A stretch of 64,000 bases of DNA. Origin: Planctomycetota bacterium. GTDB taxonomy: Bacteria; Planctomycetota; UBA1135; UBA2386. The notes beneath the pieces were generated by a model, which had not been told where the DNA came from, ran no database searches, and saw only the letters and a list, made by a program, of their open reading frames with translations. The stretch is taken from the NCBI GenBank assembly GCA_965223545.1, contig OZ245006.1:7616001-7680000 (forward strand). Direction: 5' to 3'. This document shows, in pieces, positions 53,810 to 64,000 of the stretch. The translations under genes were made by a program, and so were the position numbers. Numbering within the stretch: position 1 is the first letter of the stretch; each line of letters starts with the position of its first letter.

Positions 53810-55378
53810 ATGCCGAGCATGATCCGCGCCGCGCTCACCCTGCTTCTCGCAGCCCTAACGATGCCCTTGCTGCCGGGCCAATCCGACGCCGAGCGGCGCG
53901 AGGCGGTGGCGGAGTTCCGGCGCTACTTTCCGCGCTTCAAGACGGCGGCGGAGCGGGTGGCGGCCGTGCAGACCCTGTCGGGGATGGACTGCCCGGAGGC
54001 CGTGGCGGAGCTCATGCCGCTGCTGCAGTATCCCGACCAGGAGGTCCGCAACGCGGCCCTCGAGGTCATCGGCGCCTATCGCCAAGAGGCCAGCTTCGCG
54101 CCGATGGTGGAGGAGCTCGCCGAGGTCAAGGACAACCAGCGCAAGGCCGACATGATCCGCGTGCTCGCCGCTGCCGAGCAGAAGCAGGTGGTGCCGGTGT
54201 TGTTGGAGATGGTCACGGCGTCGCGCCGGCTCGATGACACCTTGGCCTACGAGCTGGCGCGCGCGTTCGGCGCGGTGGGCGAGGGCGAGGCCTGCCGCGA
54301 GCCGTTGCGCACGCTGTTGCAGCACAAGGGCCCGCTGGTGCGCATGGCGGCGGCCGACGCGGCCGGGAGTTTGCGCGTCAAGGGGTTGTCCGAGGAGCTC
54401 GTGCCGCTGATGTCGGACGGCGCCTGGCAGGTGGAGGACGCCGCCGTGCAAGCGCTCGGCAAGATCCGCGACCCGGCGGCGGTGCCGCCGTTGATCGGCG
54501 CGCTCGAGCGCGGTGGCCGGATGATGGAGGCGGCTGCCGATGCGCTGTTCGAGATCACCTCGCTGGACTTCGGCACCGACGCGGAGATGTGGCAGCGGCA
54601 GTGGGACAACCTGCAGTCCATCGACTGGCGCATCCCGACCGACGAGGAGCTGGCCAAGGCGAGGGCGGCCCGCGCGCGCAGTGATGCGTTCTACGGCAAG
54701 CGAGAGACCAACCAGTTCGTCGGCATCAAGACCACCTCGACGCGGGTCCTGTTCATCATCGACGTCTCCGGCTCGATGGAAGACGTCGTCGTCGAGCGCG
54801 AGCGGTTCGAGCAGCACGACGACCTGACCAAGCTCGGCATCGTCAAGTCCGAGCTGCTCAGCGCCATCGACGGTCTGTCGAAGAACACGTGGTTCAACAT
54901 CGTGGCGTTTGCCACCGATCTGGATCCTTGGAAGAAGCGGTTGGTCCCCGCCAACATCGTCAACCGGGCGAGCGCGTCGAGCTGGGTCAAGCGGCTGGCG
55001 CCGATCGGCGGCTCGGCCTCGGTCGAGCTGGCCGGCGCCGGCCTCACCGGCGCCGCCAACCTCGAGGCGGGCAAGACCAACACGCTCAAGGCGCTGATGT
55101 ATCCGTTCTCGATCGACCCCGAAGATCCGCCCAAGAGCGCGGTCACCCAGGGCAAGGTGTCGATCAAGAACAAGCTCGACACCGTGTTCTTCCTCAGCGA
55201 CGGGCGCCCCAGCACGGGCGTGCTGGTCGACACCCTCGAGATCTTGGAGGAGGTGTTCAGGGTCAACGAGGTGTTCCGCATCGTGTTCCACGCGATCGCG
55301 ATCGGCGATTTCCAGAAGAACTTCCTGCGCGATCTGGCCGAGCACACCGGCGGCGCGTTCGTCGACCTCGGTCGCTGA
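53810..55378 (+). CDS. Secreted HEAT-repeat protein with C-terminal vWA domain
   Basis: Signal peptide; HEAT units; MIDAS motif DVSGSM; FLSDGRP; LAEHTGG. Confidence 0.85.
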   Translation: MPSMIRAALTLLLAALTMPLLPGQSDAERREAVAEFRRYFPRFKTAAERVAAVQTLSGMDCPEAVAELMPLLQYPDQEVRNAALEVIGAYRQEASFAPMVEELAEVKDNQRKADMIRVLAAAEQKQVVPVLLEMVTASRRLDDTLAYELARAFGAVGEGEACREPLRTLLQHKGPLVRMAAADAAGSLRVKGLSEELVPLMSDGAWQVEDAAVQALGKIRDPAAVPPLIGALERGGRMMEAAADALFEITSLDFGTDAEMWQRQWDNLQSIDWRIPTDEELAKARAARARSDAFYGKRETNQFVGIKTTSTRVLFIIDVSGSMEDVVVERERFEQHDDLTKLGIVKSELLSAIDGLSKNTWFNIVAFATDLDPWKKRLVPANIVNRASASSWVKRLAPIGGSASVELAGAGLTGAANLEAGKTNTLKALMYPFSIDPEDPPKSAVTQGKVSIKNKLDTVFFLSDGRPSTGVLVDTLEILEEVFRVNEVFRIVFHAIAIGDFQKNFLRDLAEHTGGAFVDLGR

Positions 55379-55426
55379 GCGGGCCCGCAGGGCGGCCTGT
55401 TCACCGGCGCGGCGCGTTGCTCTATC

Positions 55427-56332
55427 GTGCCGCCGATGCTGCTCGCCCTGGTCGAAGCGATGCGCCCACACCAGTGGGTCAAGAACGCCCTCGTGTTGGC
55501 GCCGCTCGCGTTCGGCCACGCCCGGTTGGCGGGGCGCGGGGGTGTCGTCGAGGCGCTGCCGGAGGCGCTCGCGGCGACCGCGGTGTTCTGCCTGCTGTCG
55601 AGCTCGATCTATCTGCTCAACGACCTGGTCGACGCCGACGCGGATGCCCGGCATCCCAGCAAGAGCCGCCGGCCGATTCCGTCCGGGCGGCTGCCGCGCG
55701 GCGTCGCCGCCGCGGTCAGCGCGGTTTGCGCCGCGGCATCGTTGGCGTGGGCGCTCGGCCTGGGCGATGGCAGCTTCTTCCGCTGGCCGTTGGCCTATCT
55801 GCTGCTCAACCTGGCCTACTCGTTCTGGCTCAAGAAGCTGGTGATCGTCGATTGTCTGTGCATCGCGCTCGGCTTCCAGCTGCGGGTCCAGGGCGGTGCC
55901 GCCGTCGTCCAGGTGCCGCCGTCGCCGTGGATCCTGCTCTGCACGTTCTTCTTTGCCCTGTTCTTGGCCTTCTGCAAGCGCCGTGAAGAAGTCGAGCGGA
56001 TGGGCGGCGAGGGCGGTACGCGCGCCACGGTGCGCGAGTACGAGCTCGGCTTCCTGGATCAGGTGATCGCGCCCTTGGCGGCACTCAGTATCCTGTGCTA
56101 CGCGCTGTACGCGGTCGACGCCGGGTCGCTGCAGATGCACGGCGAGGGGCTCAAGTACACGGTGCCGTTCGTCGTGTTCGGCGTGTTTCGCTACCTGTTC
56201 TTGGTACACCGCCGCGGCGAGGGTGCCGATCCCGCGCGGCTGCTGTTCCGCGATTCCCAGCTGATCATCAGTGGGCTGCTGTGGGCCGCCGCGGTGGTGG
56301 CCGCGATCGCGACCAGGACGCCTCCGGCATGA
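55427..56332 (+). CDS. UbiA-family prenyltransferase (decaprenyl-phosphate phosphoribosyltransferase-like)
   Basis: [39 protein letters not shown]; multiple TMs. Confidence 0.88.
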   Translation: MPPMLLALVEAMRPHQWVKNALVLAPLAFGHARLAGRGGVVEALPEALAATAVFCLLSSSIYLLNDLVDADADARHPSKSRRPIPSGRLPRGVAAAVSAVCAAASLAWALGLGDGSFFRWPLAYLLLNLAYSFWLKKLVIVDCLCIALGFQLRVQGGAAVVQVPPSPWILLCTFFFALFLAFCKRREEVERMGGEGGTRATVREYELGFLDQVIAPLAALSILCYALYAVDAGSLQMHGEGLKYTVPFVVFGVFRYLFLVHRRGEGADPARLLFRDSQLIISGLLWAAAVVAAIATRTPPA

Positions 56333-57396
56333 CCGATGGTGGAAGAGCACCGCGTCGCGTCGCCGACTTGCGCAGCGACACGGTCACGCAGCCGACCGAG
56401 GCGATGCGAGCGGCGATGGCCAGCGCCGAGGTCGGCGACGACGTGCTGGGCGAAGACCCGACCGTCGCGCGGCTCGAGGCGGAGGCCGCCGCCGTGTTCG
56501 GCACCGGTGCCGCCCTGTTCGTGCCGTCGGGCACGATGGCCAACCAGATCGCCGTGCACGTGCACTGCCGGCCCGGCGACGAGCTGATCTGCGAGCGCCG
56601 GTGTCACGTCTACCGCTACGAGGCCGGTGGGGTGGCGCGTTGGTCGGGGACGCAGGTGCGGGCCCTCGATCACGAGCGGGGCTTCCCCACGCCCGCGCAG
56701 ATCGAGGACGCGGTGTTGTCGGACGACGTCCACGACGCGCGCTCGCGGCTGTTGGTGCTGGAGAACACCCACAACATGGCGGGGGGCACGGTGCTCGACC
56801 CGGACGGCGTGCGCGATCGGGTCGCGGCGGCGGCCCGCCATGGCTTGGCCGTACACGTCGACGGTGCGCGCCTGTTCAACGCGGCGGTCGGCCTCGGCTG
56901 CCCGCCGGCGGCGCTGCTCGACGGCGTCGACTCGGCCTCGGTCTGCCTCAGCAAGGGGCTGGGGGCACCGATCGGCTCGGTGCTGCTGGGCGACGAGGAC
57001 TTCGTCGCCGCGGCGCGCCGCGTGCGCAAGGCGCTGGGCGGGGGCATGCGCCAGGTCGGCGTGCTGGCTGCCGCCGGCCTGCTCGCGCTGCGCGACGGTC
57101 CCGGCCAGTTGGCCCGCGACCATCACCGCGCGCGCCGCCTGGCGGAGGGCCTAGGCGGCCTCTCCGGTTTGCGGGTGACGCCGCCCGATAGCAACATCGT
57201 GTTGTTGGAGCTCGAGGTCGCGGCGCCGGCCGATTTGCTGTCCACTCTTGCGCGGCGCGGCGTGTTGGCCAGCGCGGTCGACCGCCGGCGGGTGCGCATG
57301 GTGACGCACCGAGACCTCACGGACGCGGACGTCGAGCGATGCTTGCAAGCCGTCGGCGATTGGCACAGCGGCGGCGGCGCCGACCGCGGCGCTTAG
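56329..57396 (+). CDS. ltaE: Low-specificity L-threonine aldolase
   Basis: [50 protein letters not shown]. Confidence 0.93.
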   Translation: MTDGGRAPRRVADLRSDTVTQPTEAMRAAMASAEVGDDVLGEDPTVARLEAEAAAVFGTGAALFVPSGTMANQIAVHVHCRPGDELICERRCHVYRYEAGGVARWSGTQVRALDHERGFPTPAQIEDAVLSDDVHDARSRLLVLENTHNMAGGTVLDPDGVRDRVAAAARHGLAVHVDGARLFNAAVGLGCPPAALLDGVDSASVCLSKGLGAPIGSVLLGDEDFVAAARRVRKALGGGMRQVGVLAAAGLLALRDGPGQLARDHHRARRLAEGLGGLSGLRVTPPDSNIVLLELEVAAPADLLSTLARRGVLASAVDRRRVRMVTHRDLTDADVERCLQAVGDWHSGGGADRGA

Positions 57397-57420
57397 ATCT
57401 CAGAATGTAAGGATGGACCA

Positions 57421-58758
57421 GTGACGATCTTCAAGGCTTACGACATTCGTGGCACCTATCCCGATCAGATCGACGAAGCGATCGCGACCAAGATCGGCAC
57501 CGCCTTCGCCAACTTCACCGGCGCCAAACGGCTGGTCGTCGGGCGCGACATGCGCACCATGGCGCCGTCGGTGCAGGACGCGATCATCGACGGCATCCTC
57601 GCCGCCGGCTGCGACGTCATCGACGTCGGCTTGGCGTCGACCCCGATGGTCTACTACTGCATCGGCAAGCTCGAGTGCGACGGCGGGCTCTGCGTCACCG
57701 CGTCCCACAACCCCAAGCAGTTCATCGGCTTCAAGCTGTGCCGCGAGGAGGCGCGCCCGCTGTCGGGCGACTCCGGCATCGGCGACATCGCCGGCATGGT
57801 CGAGCGCGGCGAGCTGCGCACCGCGGCGACGCCGGGCCGCCGCGAGACCGTGGCGATGCGGGATGCGTTCGTCGACCACATCGTGTCGTTCGCCCGCGAC
57901 ATCCCACCGATGAAGATCGTCGTCGACTACGCCAACGGCATGGGCGCCGCCGAGGGGCCGGCGATCTTCGCCAAGATCCCGGGCCTGGAGGTGATCCCGC
58001 TGTACGAAGAGCTGGATGGGACCTTTCCCAACCACGAGGCCAACCCGCTGTACGAGCCCAACCTCGACCCGCTGCGCGCCGCCGTGCGCGAGCACGGCAC
58101 CACGCTGGGATTGGCGTTCGACGGCGACGCCGACCGCTGCGCGTTCGTCGACGAGGAGGGTCGCACGGTGCACGCCGACTTGATCACCGCGATCCTGGCG
58201 CGCGGCTTGCTCGAGCGCTCCCCCGGCGCGGGCATCATCTACGACCTGCGCTCGTCCAAGATCCTGCCCGAGGAGATCACCCGCCTCGGCGGACGGCCGG
58301 TGCGCGAGCGCGTCGGGCACTCCTTCATGAAGGAGACCATGCGGCGCGAGGACTGTGTCGGTGGCGGCGAGCTGTCGGGCCACTTCTACTTCGCCGACAA
58401 CTTCTACACCGACTGCGGCGTGCTGGCCGCGATCATGGTGCTCAACCAGCTCGGGCAGGAGAAGGTCACGCTCAAGCAGGCCGCCGACCGCCTGCGCGTC
58501 TACCACAGCTCGCCCGAGATCAACTTCAAGGTCGACGACAAGACAGCCCTGATGCGCGCCGTCGCCGAACGCTACGCCGATGGCGAGGTCGACGAGCTCG
58601 ACGGGGTCACCGTGACCTACCCGACGTGGTGGGTGAACGTGCGGGCGAGCAACACCGAGCCGTTCTTGCGGCTGCGGCTCGAGGCCGACACCGAGGAGCT
58701 GCTGGCCGAGAAGCGCGCCGAGCTGATCGGCCTGCTCGGCGAGCCGGCAGATCACTGA
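57421..58758 (+). CDS. Phosphomannomutase/phosphoglucomutase
   Basis: FKAYDIRG, TASHNP, FDGDADR, GELSGH, RASNTEP. Confidence 0.95.
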   Translation: MTIFKAYDIRGTYPDQIDEAIATKIGTAFANFTGAKRLVVGRDMRTMAPSVQDAIIDGILAAGCDVIDVGLASTPMVYYCIGKLECDGGLCVTASHNPKQFIGFKLCREEARPLSGDSGIGDIAGMVERGELRTAATPGRRETVAMRDAFVDHIVSFARDIPPMKIVVDYANGMGAAEGPAIFAKIPGLEVIPLYEELDGTFPNHEANPLYEPNLDPLRAAVREHGTTLGLAFDGDADRCAFVDEEGRTVHADLITAILARGLLERSPGAGIIYDLRSSKILPEEITRLGGRPVRERVGHSFMKETMRREDCVGGGELSGHFYFADNFYTDCGVLAAIMVLNQLGQEKVTLKQAADRLRVYHSSPEINFKVDDKTALMRAVAERYADGEVDELDGVTVTYPTWWVNVRASNTEPFLRLRLEADTEELLAEKRAELIGLLGEPADH

Positions 58759-59543
58759 TGGAGCTGCCGACGCCCTGCGGCCTGGTCACCCTGACCAGCG
58801 ATTTCGGCCTCAAAGACCCCTACGTCGGGCTGATGCACGGTGCCGTTCGGTTGCGCCACCCGCGCGCCGACGTCGTCGATCTGACGCATGGGATCGCGGC
58901 GCACGACGTGCGCGCCGGCGCGTTGGTCGTCGCCGCCGCGATCGGCCGCTTTCCCAAGGGCAGTATCCACGTCGCGGTGGTCGACCCCGGCGTCGGCAGC
59001 GACCGCCGCGCCCTGGCGGTCTGCGCGCACGACGTCTACTGGATCGGGCCGGACAACGGGCTGTTCACCCTGGTGCTCGAGCGAGCCGGCGCCCGCGCCG
59101 AGGTGCGCGCGCTCGACGTCGCCGCCCTGCGCCTGCCGGTGCCGTCGCGGACGTTCTGGGGGCGCGACGTATTCGCGCCGGTGGCGGGGCTGCTCAGCGC
59201 GCGGAAGTTCGGCTTCCGCGCGCTCGGCCCGCGGGCGCCCGCGGTCGAGCGCATCGCCATGCCGGAGCCTGGGGCGCCGGAGGTGACCCTGGTCGACGCG
59301 TTCGGCAACCTGATCACCTCGGTGACGGCGGCGCAGGCGGCGGCCGCGGGGGCCACCGCGGTGGAGATCGCCGGCCGCACCGTGCCGCTGCGCGGCACGT
59401 ATTCCGAGGCGGAGCCCGGCGCGCTGCTGGCACTGGTGAACTCGTACGACCTGCTGGAGGTAGCGGTGTGCGAGGGCCGTGCCAGTGACGTGCTCGGTGT
59501 CGGCATCGGCGAGCCGGTCGCGCTGCGTTCGGTGGACGGGTAG
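58758..59543 (+). CDS. SAM hydroxide adenosyltransferase / chlorinase-fluorinase family (DUF62)
   Basis: TLTSDFG, DLTH, VVDPGVGS, GPDNG, TFWGRDVFAP, VDAFGNLIT. Confidence 0.9.
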   Translation: MELPTPCGLVTLTSDFGLKDPYVGLMHGAVRLRHPRADVVDLTHGIAAHDVRAGALVVAAAIGRFPKGSIHVAVVDPGVGSDRRALAVCAHDVYWIGPDNGLFTLVLERAGARAEVRALDVAALRLPVPSRTFWGRDVFAPVAGLLSARKFGFRALGPRAPAVERIAMPEPGAPEVTLVDAFGNLITSVTAAQAAAAGATAVEIAGRTVPLRGTYSEAEPGALLALVNSYDLLEVAVCEGRASDVLGVGIGEPVALRSVDG

Positions 59544-59554
59544 GCTCGACCGCC

Positions 59555-60472
59555 ATGACCGAACGCGGGCGGCTGCATATCTTGGGCGTACCGATGGATT
59601 TCGGCGCCGGACGGCGCGGTGTCGACATGGGGCCGTCCGCGATCCGGGTCGCCGGCATCGGCGCGACCCTGCGCGGCCTCGGCTACGAGGTCGTCGACGA
59701 GGGCAACGTCGCGGTGCCGACGCCCGAGAGCTGCGACCCGGGCGAGCCGCACGCCAAGTACCTGCAGCCGATCTATCACGTCTGCAACCGGCTGCGCCTG
59801 CGCGTGCGGCGCATCCTGGAAGGCGGCGGCATGCCGGTGGTCCTCGGCGGCGACCACTCGATCGCGATCGGCACGGTCAGCGGCGTCGCCGAGCACTACC
59901 GCAACGAGGACGCGCGCGTCGGCCTGATCTGGGTCGATGCCCACGCCGACATGAACACGCCCGACACGAGCCCCACCGGCAACATCCACGGCATGCCGCT
60001 GGCCGCGCTCTTGGGCATGGGCGAGCGCAGCCTGGTCGAGATGGGCGGCTTCGGCCCCAAGGTGCGGCGCGAGAACGTCTGCCTGATCGGAATCCGCAAC
60101 CTCGACGAGGCCGAGAAGCAGATCGTCCGCCAATCGGGCGTACACGCCTACACCATGCGCGACCTCGACGAGCGCGGCATGGCCGCCGTCGCCGCCGAGG
60201 CGATCGCCCACGCCAGCGAGGGCTGCGCCGGCTTCCACGTCTCCTACGACCTCGACGGCATGGACCCCCGCGACGTCCCCGGCGTCGGCACCGCGGTCAA
60301 AGGCGGCATCAGCTGGCGCGAGGGCAACCTGCTGCTCGAGATGATCGCCGACTGCAAGAAGATGACCAGCCTGGAGATCACCGAGCTGAACCCGGTGCTC
60401 GACGTGCGCAATGCGTCGGGGGAGGTGGCGGTGGATCTGGCGGGGTCGGCGTTCGGCAAGCGGATCCTCTGA
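59555..60472 (+). CDS. rocF: Arginase
   Basis: GVDMGP, GGDHS, DAHADMNTP, SPTGNIHGMP, SYDLDGMDP, ELNP. Confidence 0.93.
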   Translation: MTERGRLHILGVPMDFGAGRRGVDMGPSAIRVAGIGATLRGLGYEVVDEGNVAVPTPESCDPGEPHAKYLQPIYHVCNRLRLRVRRILEGGGMPVVLGGDHSIAIGTVSGVAEHYRNEDARVGLIWVDAHADMNTPDTSPTGNIHGMPLAALLGMGERSLVEMGGFGPKVRRENVCLIGIRNLDEAEKQIVRQSGVHAYTMRDLDERGMAAVAAEAIAHASEGCAGFHVSYDLDGMDPRDVPGVGTAVKGGISWREGNLLLEMIADCKKMTSLEITELNPVLDVRNASGEVAVDLAGSAFGKRIL

Positions 60473-60539
60473 GCGGTTGAGGGAATCGGCGGCGCCGCGC
60501 TTGCGGGGCCCCTCGATCCCGCTTGTGCCGGACGACTGC

Positions 60540-61311
60540 CTAGCCCAACTTGAACAGTTGGCGCCGAATACGAGGTCCTGGCAGGCTCTGGAGGCCGAAC
60601 TCGACGAAAGTCGGCACTACATTTCTGCAACGAGTTTGAGCTGACGAAGCCGCTTCGGGAGGCGCAGCCCGAGGCGCTCGATCAGCACGGCAGTCTCCTT
60701 GTCCGGGTCGACGACGCATCGGAGCCTCATGTCCTTGCCCGTTTCGAGCGGCAGGACGACGTCCACGGTCTGGATCCGGGCCATCTCCTCCAGAATTGTG
60801 CGCGGACTCGAGCCGAGCCCGGCCTGCTTCTGCCAACCCTCGAGCGTTTTCCACATGGCATGGGCCAAGAAGCAAACGAGGATGTGCGCGCGGACGCGGT
60901 CTTCGCGCTGGTGCCAAACGGGACGGATCTTCAGGTCGGTCTTGTGGATGCGGAACGCCGCTTCAGCGTGGTGGAGCTGGATGTAGGTCTGCCACAGCTC
61001 TTCCGACGACCAGTCCGAGACATTGGAGCGCAGGATGTAGGTCCCCTCGGTGAGCGCGGCCCAGTCCCTCCAGGCGTCGTTCTCAGACCATTCGAGTCGC
61101 AGTCCGGACCCGCGTGATGCGTCGTCCTTCACCGAGACGCGATACTTTGCGGCGGCGCGGCGATTGCGCTCGAGCAAGCGACCGATCTGACGCTCCACCT
61201 GCGTGCGGTCCGCCGGTTTCTTGGCTCGCTCGAGTCGTCTACCGAGCTTCTCGAGCCCGTCGACGATGCGCGCATCGAAGCGGTCATGCATCGCCGCCTC
61301 CTTCTTCTTGC
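60540..61311 (-). pseudogene. IS1634-family transposase C-terminal fragment with terminal repeat, interrupted by another transposon
   Basis: [11 protein letters not shown]...EAAFR..K.DL.IRPVWHQ...[12 protein letters not shown] motifs; stop at 60617; IS-end-like CTAGCCCAACTT at 60540; homology breaks at about 61311. Confidence 0.8.
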
Positions 61312-61581
61312 TGTAGGGAGCCGCGTACCGCCGGTCCCAACTCGCCACCGGCGGTCACGGTCCGCCGGTGCATCGCGGTCGGGAGTCACCGGCGCAATCC
61401 GACTCGGGTAGCAGCCAACAGCTCCCGCTGAGTCGCGGCGCGGATCTGGTTCCAGCGCTCAGCGCGGCTCCTGTGGATCTGGTTCTTCCGCCTGCGGGAT
61501 GGCGGCGGGCTCAGGCTCCCGGTACGTAAGGAGACCCCACAGAGTTGGCGCTCTGAGGGGTCGATCGCGGCGCTCGACAAT

Positions 61582-62202
61582 TTGCAAACCTGCGCCGCAA
61601 GCGTGGTTACGCAGGTGCAGAAGCTACTCCGAGTCCGCGGCGGTCTCAACGCCTACGAGGCGAATCCTGACCTCCTGCTCTCCGTGGCCGAAGCGGACCG
61701 CTGCCCGTTCTGCGAGGACGGCCACCGGCTTCGACGACACGGGCTCTACCACCGGCAGCACCTCCCTCCCGGCGAGAGCGAGCCGGTGCGCATCCCGGTT
61801 CGGCGGCTGCTCTGCGCCCGATCGGGCCGGACCGTGTCGTTGCTGCCGGACTTCTGCATTCCGCGGCGCCAACACGGCCCGGAGATCCTGGGACCGTTCT
61901 TGAGCGACTACGTGTCGGGCACGCCGTTGCTCAAAGCGCTCCGTCGCGTTCGGGCCGATACGCCGGGTCACTCCGTGGCGCAGTCCCTGCGCGATGGCTT
62001 CCTGGCACGAGCTGGCCCGATCCGGACGTACCTCGCCCGGCTTCGGCACCGAGCTCTCGAGCCGCACCCTTCACTTCGTGGAATCCGACGCGACGTCGCC
62101 GCGTTGATCGCAGGTCTTTGCCACGGGTTTGCCAGCGCCGCGACGGCGTTCGTCCAACACGCTGTCGGGCTGCATCGCGTGACGCGTTCGGGCCTCGCGT
62201 AG
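61582..62202 (+). CDS. DUF6431-like Zn-finger accessory protein
   Basis: CPFC...LRRHGLYHR...IPVRRLLC...TVSLLPDFCIPRRQH. Start uncertain. Confidence 0.65.
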   Translation: MQTCAASVVTQVQKLLRVRGGLNAYEANPDLLLSVAEADRCPFCEDGHRLRRHGLYHRQHLPPGESEPVRIPVRRLLCARSGRTVSLLPDFCIPRRQHGPEILGPFLSDYVSGTPLLKALRRVRADTPGHSVAQSLRDGFLARAGPIRTYLARLRHRALEPHPSLRGIRRDVAALIAGLCHGFASAATAFVQHAVGLHRVTRSGLA

Positions 62203-62327
62203 CTCTCGGCGATCACCGGATTCGATCGGTGTTCCGCGGCCGACGTCGTGTTCGGCAACAACGCGGCCCCACGGCACACAGCGCTTCGGCTTCGCACGAT
62301 CCCCTTGTCACCGGTGACAAGGGCGCC

Positions 62328-63677
62328 ATGTCAAACGAACCCCCTTCCGACCTCGCCCTCTTCCGCTACCAGATCATCGCACCGCTGCTCTCGATCGATG
62401 GCCCGCGCGGCGCCCTCAAGCGTGAGATCCGCCGCATCGCGGCGAAGCCTCATCAGCATCCGCGACGTGGTCAGACGATCATCGGCTTCGGCACCATCGA
62501 GGACTGGCTCATGCGGTACCGCCGCGATGGCCTCGTCGGACTCGAGGACAAGCGCCGTCGCGACCAAGGTCACAGCCGCAGAATCGACGACGACCTCGCC
62601 GCCGCGATCACCGATCTCGCCGAGGCGAGACCGGCGCTCGACGGCCCGGGTCTGATCGCCGAGCTTCGAGCCGTATGAAAGGGCGGCGAGCTCCAGTCGC
62701 TCTCGACGCTGTACCGCTTTCTGCGCGCCCGTGGCCTCGATCAACGCCGTACACGCAATCGCCAGGATCACCGCGCCTTCGCCTTCGACCTCGCCGGCGA
62801 CTGCTGGCAGGGCGATGTGATGTACGGCCCAGCGCTCCCGGCCAAGGACGGGCGGCGCCGCAAGACCTACCTCATCGCCATCCTCGACGACGCCACCCGC
62901 GTCATCCCGCACGCGCAGTTCTACTTCGAGCAGCACCTGCGCAGCCTGAAAGACTGCCTCAAGCAGAGCATGCTGAAGCGCGGCGTGCCGCGTCGCTTCT
63001 ACTTCGACAACGGCCAGATCTTCCGCAGCCGCTTGCTGTTGGCGGTGTGCGCGCGGATGGGAATCCAGCTCATTCACACCAGGCCCTACCAGCCGCAGGG
63101 CCGGGCCAAGCTCGAGCGCTGGTTCCTCACCGTGCGCCGCGGGTTTCTGACTCGCATCGACGCCAATCGCCTCAGCATCGACGAGCTGAATCGGCTGCTG
63201 TTCGCCTGGATCGAGGGCGAGTATCACCAGCGTCCGCATCGGGGAATCGACGGCGAGACACCGCTCGATCGATGGCTGCGGCTGTCCGACGGGATCCGCC
63301 CCCTGCCGCGGGAGGTCGACCTCGACTTGCTGTTCATGGACGAGGTGACTCGCCGCGTAGCAAAGGACGGCACACTGACGCTGGATGGTCGCCGATTCGA
63401 GGCGGGGCCGCGGCTCATCGGCCGCAAGGTCAAGGTCCGCTTCGACCGGTACGACTTGCGCGCCGTGCTGGTGCTCACCGACTCCGGCGAGCCGGTGCGC
63501 GCGATGCCCGTCGACCTGCGCGCGAATCGGTACGTGCGACGGCTACCGGCGGATCAAGAAGCGACTCCGAAGCAGCCAAAGCCTGAGCTGAGATCGCTCG
63601 ACCAACTCGCGGATGACCTGCGCCGAGAGCATCTGGGCGAGGACGACGACGCCGAGGGAGCGTGCCATGTCTGCTGA
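62328..63677 (+). pseudogene. DDE integrase/transposase with an in-frame TGA at 62676..62678
   Basis: N-terminal ALFRYQIIAPLL + HTH; the same frame continues after TGA (KGGELQSLSTLYRFL) into WQGDVM, LDDATR, FDNG, GRAKLERWF and a Mu-like C-terminus. Confidence 0.8.
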
Positions 63678-64000
63678 TCACCCACGACTCGAGACCAAGC
63701 TGCGCAGCGTATTCGGCCTCAAGAGCATTCCGTTCGGCAAGGGGCTCGGGGCCGACGAGCTGTTCGTCACAGATGGTTTCCAGCAAGCACAGGACAGGCT
63801 GCGCTACCTGCTCGACCGACGCGGAATCGGTGCGGTCTTCGGAGCTCCCGGGACGGCAAGTCCACGGTCCTGCGCGCCTTCATCGACGAGCTCGGCAAGG
63901 CCGCCTACTCGGTCTGCTACGTCAGCCACAGCACGTGCGCCGTGCTCGATCTGTTTCGCGAGATCGCGCGCGGCTTCGCCATCGAGCCGCGCTACCGCAA
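63667..64000 (+). pseudogene. ExeA-like AAA ATPase, partial, frameshifted in Walker A
   Basis: FGLKSIPF...RLRYLLDRRGIGAVFGAPGT, then KSTVLRAF in another frame; one base is missing at about 63855..63857. Confidence 0.7.

Larger units (their letters stand above)
61312..64000 (+). mobile_element. Three-gene transposon (Zn-finger protein, DDE integrase with Mu-like C-terminus, ExeA-like AAA ATPase); runs off the window end
   Basis: Begins with TGT where the IS1634 homology breaks; gene order typical of Mu/Tn552-like integrase + ATPase elements. Confidence 0.75.

Noticed and set aside
58758..59543. Fluorinase/chlorinase for halometabolite synthesis
   Set aside because: Housekeeping context with no biosynthetic cluster; the widespread DUF62 SAM hydrolase is more likely.

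Overview
High-GC (roughly 70% by eye) bacterial chromosomal window. The gene content (HEAT/vWA proteins, an HTH-acidic-TM protein, many lipoproteins, an orphan FtsQ-like gene) suggests Planctomycetota, but this is inference only. The housekeeping backbone is araB, ispA-dxs-nadK, a Ski2/HelY-like helicase, a Ser/Thr kinase-PP2C module, pilC, ompA/motB-like, rsmA, dnaG-rpoD, a FIST (NosP-like) protein with a hybrid histidine kinase, selB, a UbiA-family prenyltransferase, ltaE, PMM/PGM, a DUF62 protein and arginase. Many mobile elements interrupt it. (1) Two near-identical IS110 elements both sit at the same CTG^GCTCCGTACGT junction. For the complete copy the empty site reconstructs as a 133-bp palindrome with 60-bp perfect arms, and the upstream non-coding end carries short matches to both target and donor junction inside a closed stem (bridge-RNA-like). 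(2) A ~270-bp structured tandem repeat array lies next to a Y1/HUH (RAYT-like) transposase. One hairpin cassette in the array is inverted, and a IIC-like group II intron with non-canonical ends (UUGCG...GC) is inserted exactly at the base of a repeat hairpin. (3) An IS1-like element has 22-bp TIRs and a 7-bp target duplication. (4) An IS1634 remnant is interrupted by a decayed three-gene (Zn-finger / DDE integrase / AAA ATPase) transposon. No CRISPR array, tRNA or rRNA was seen.
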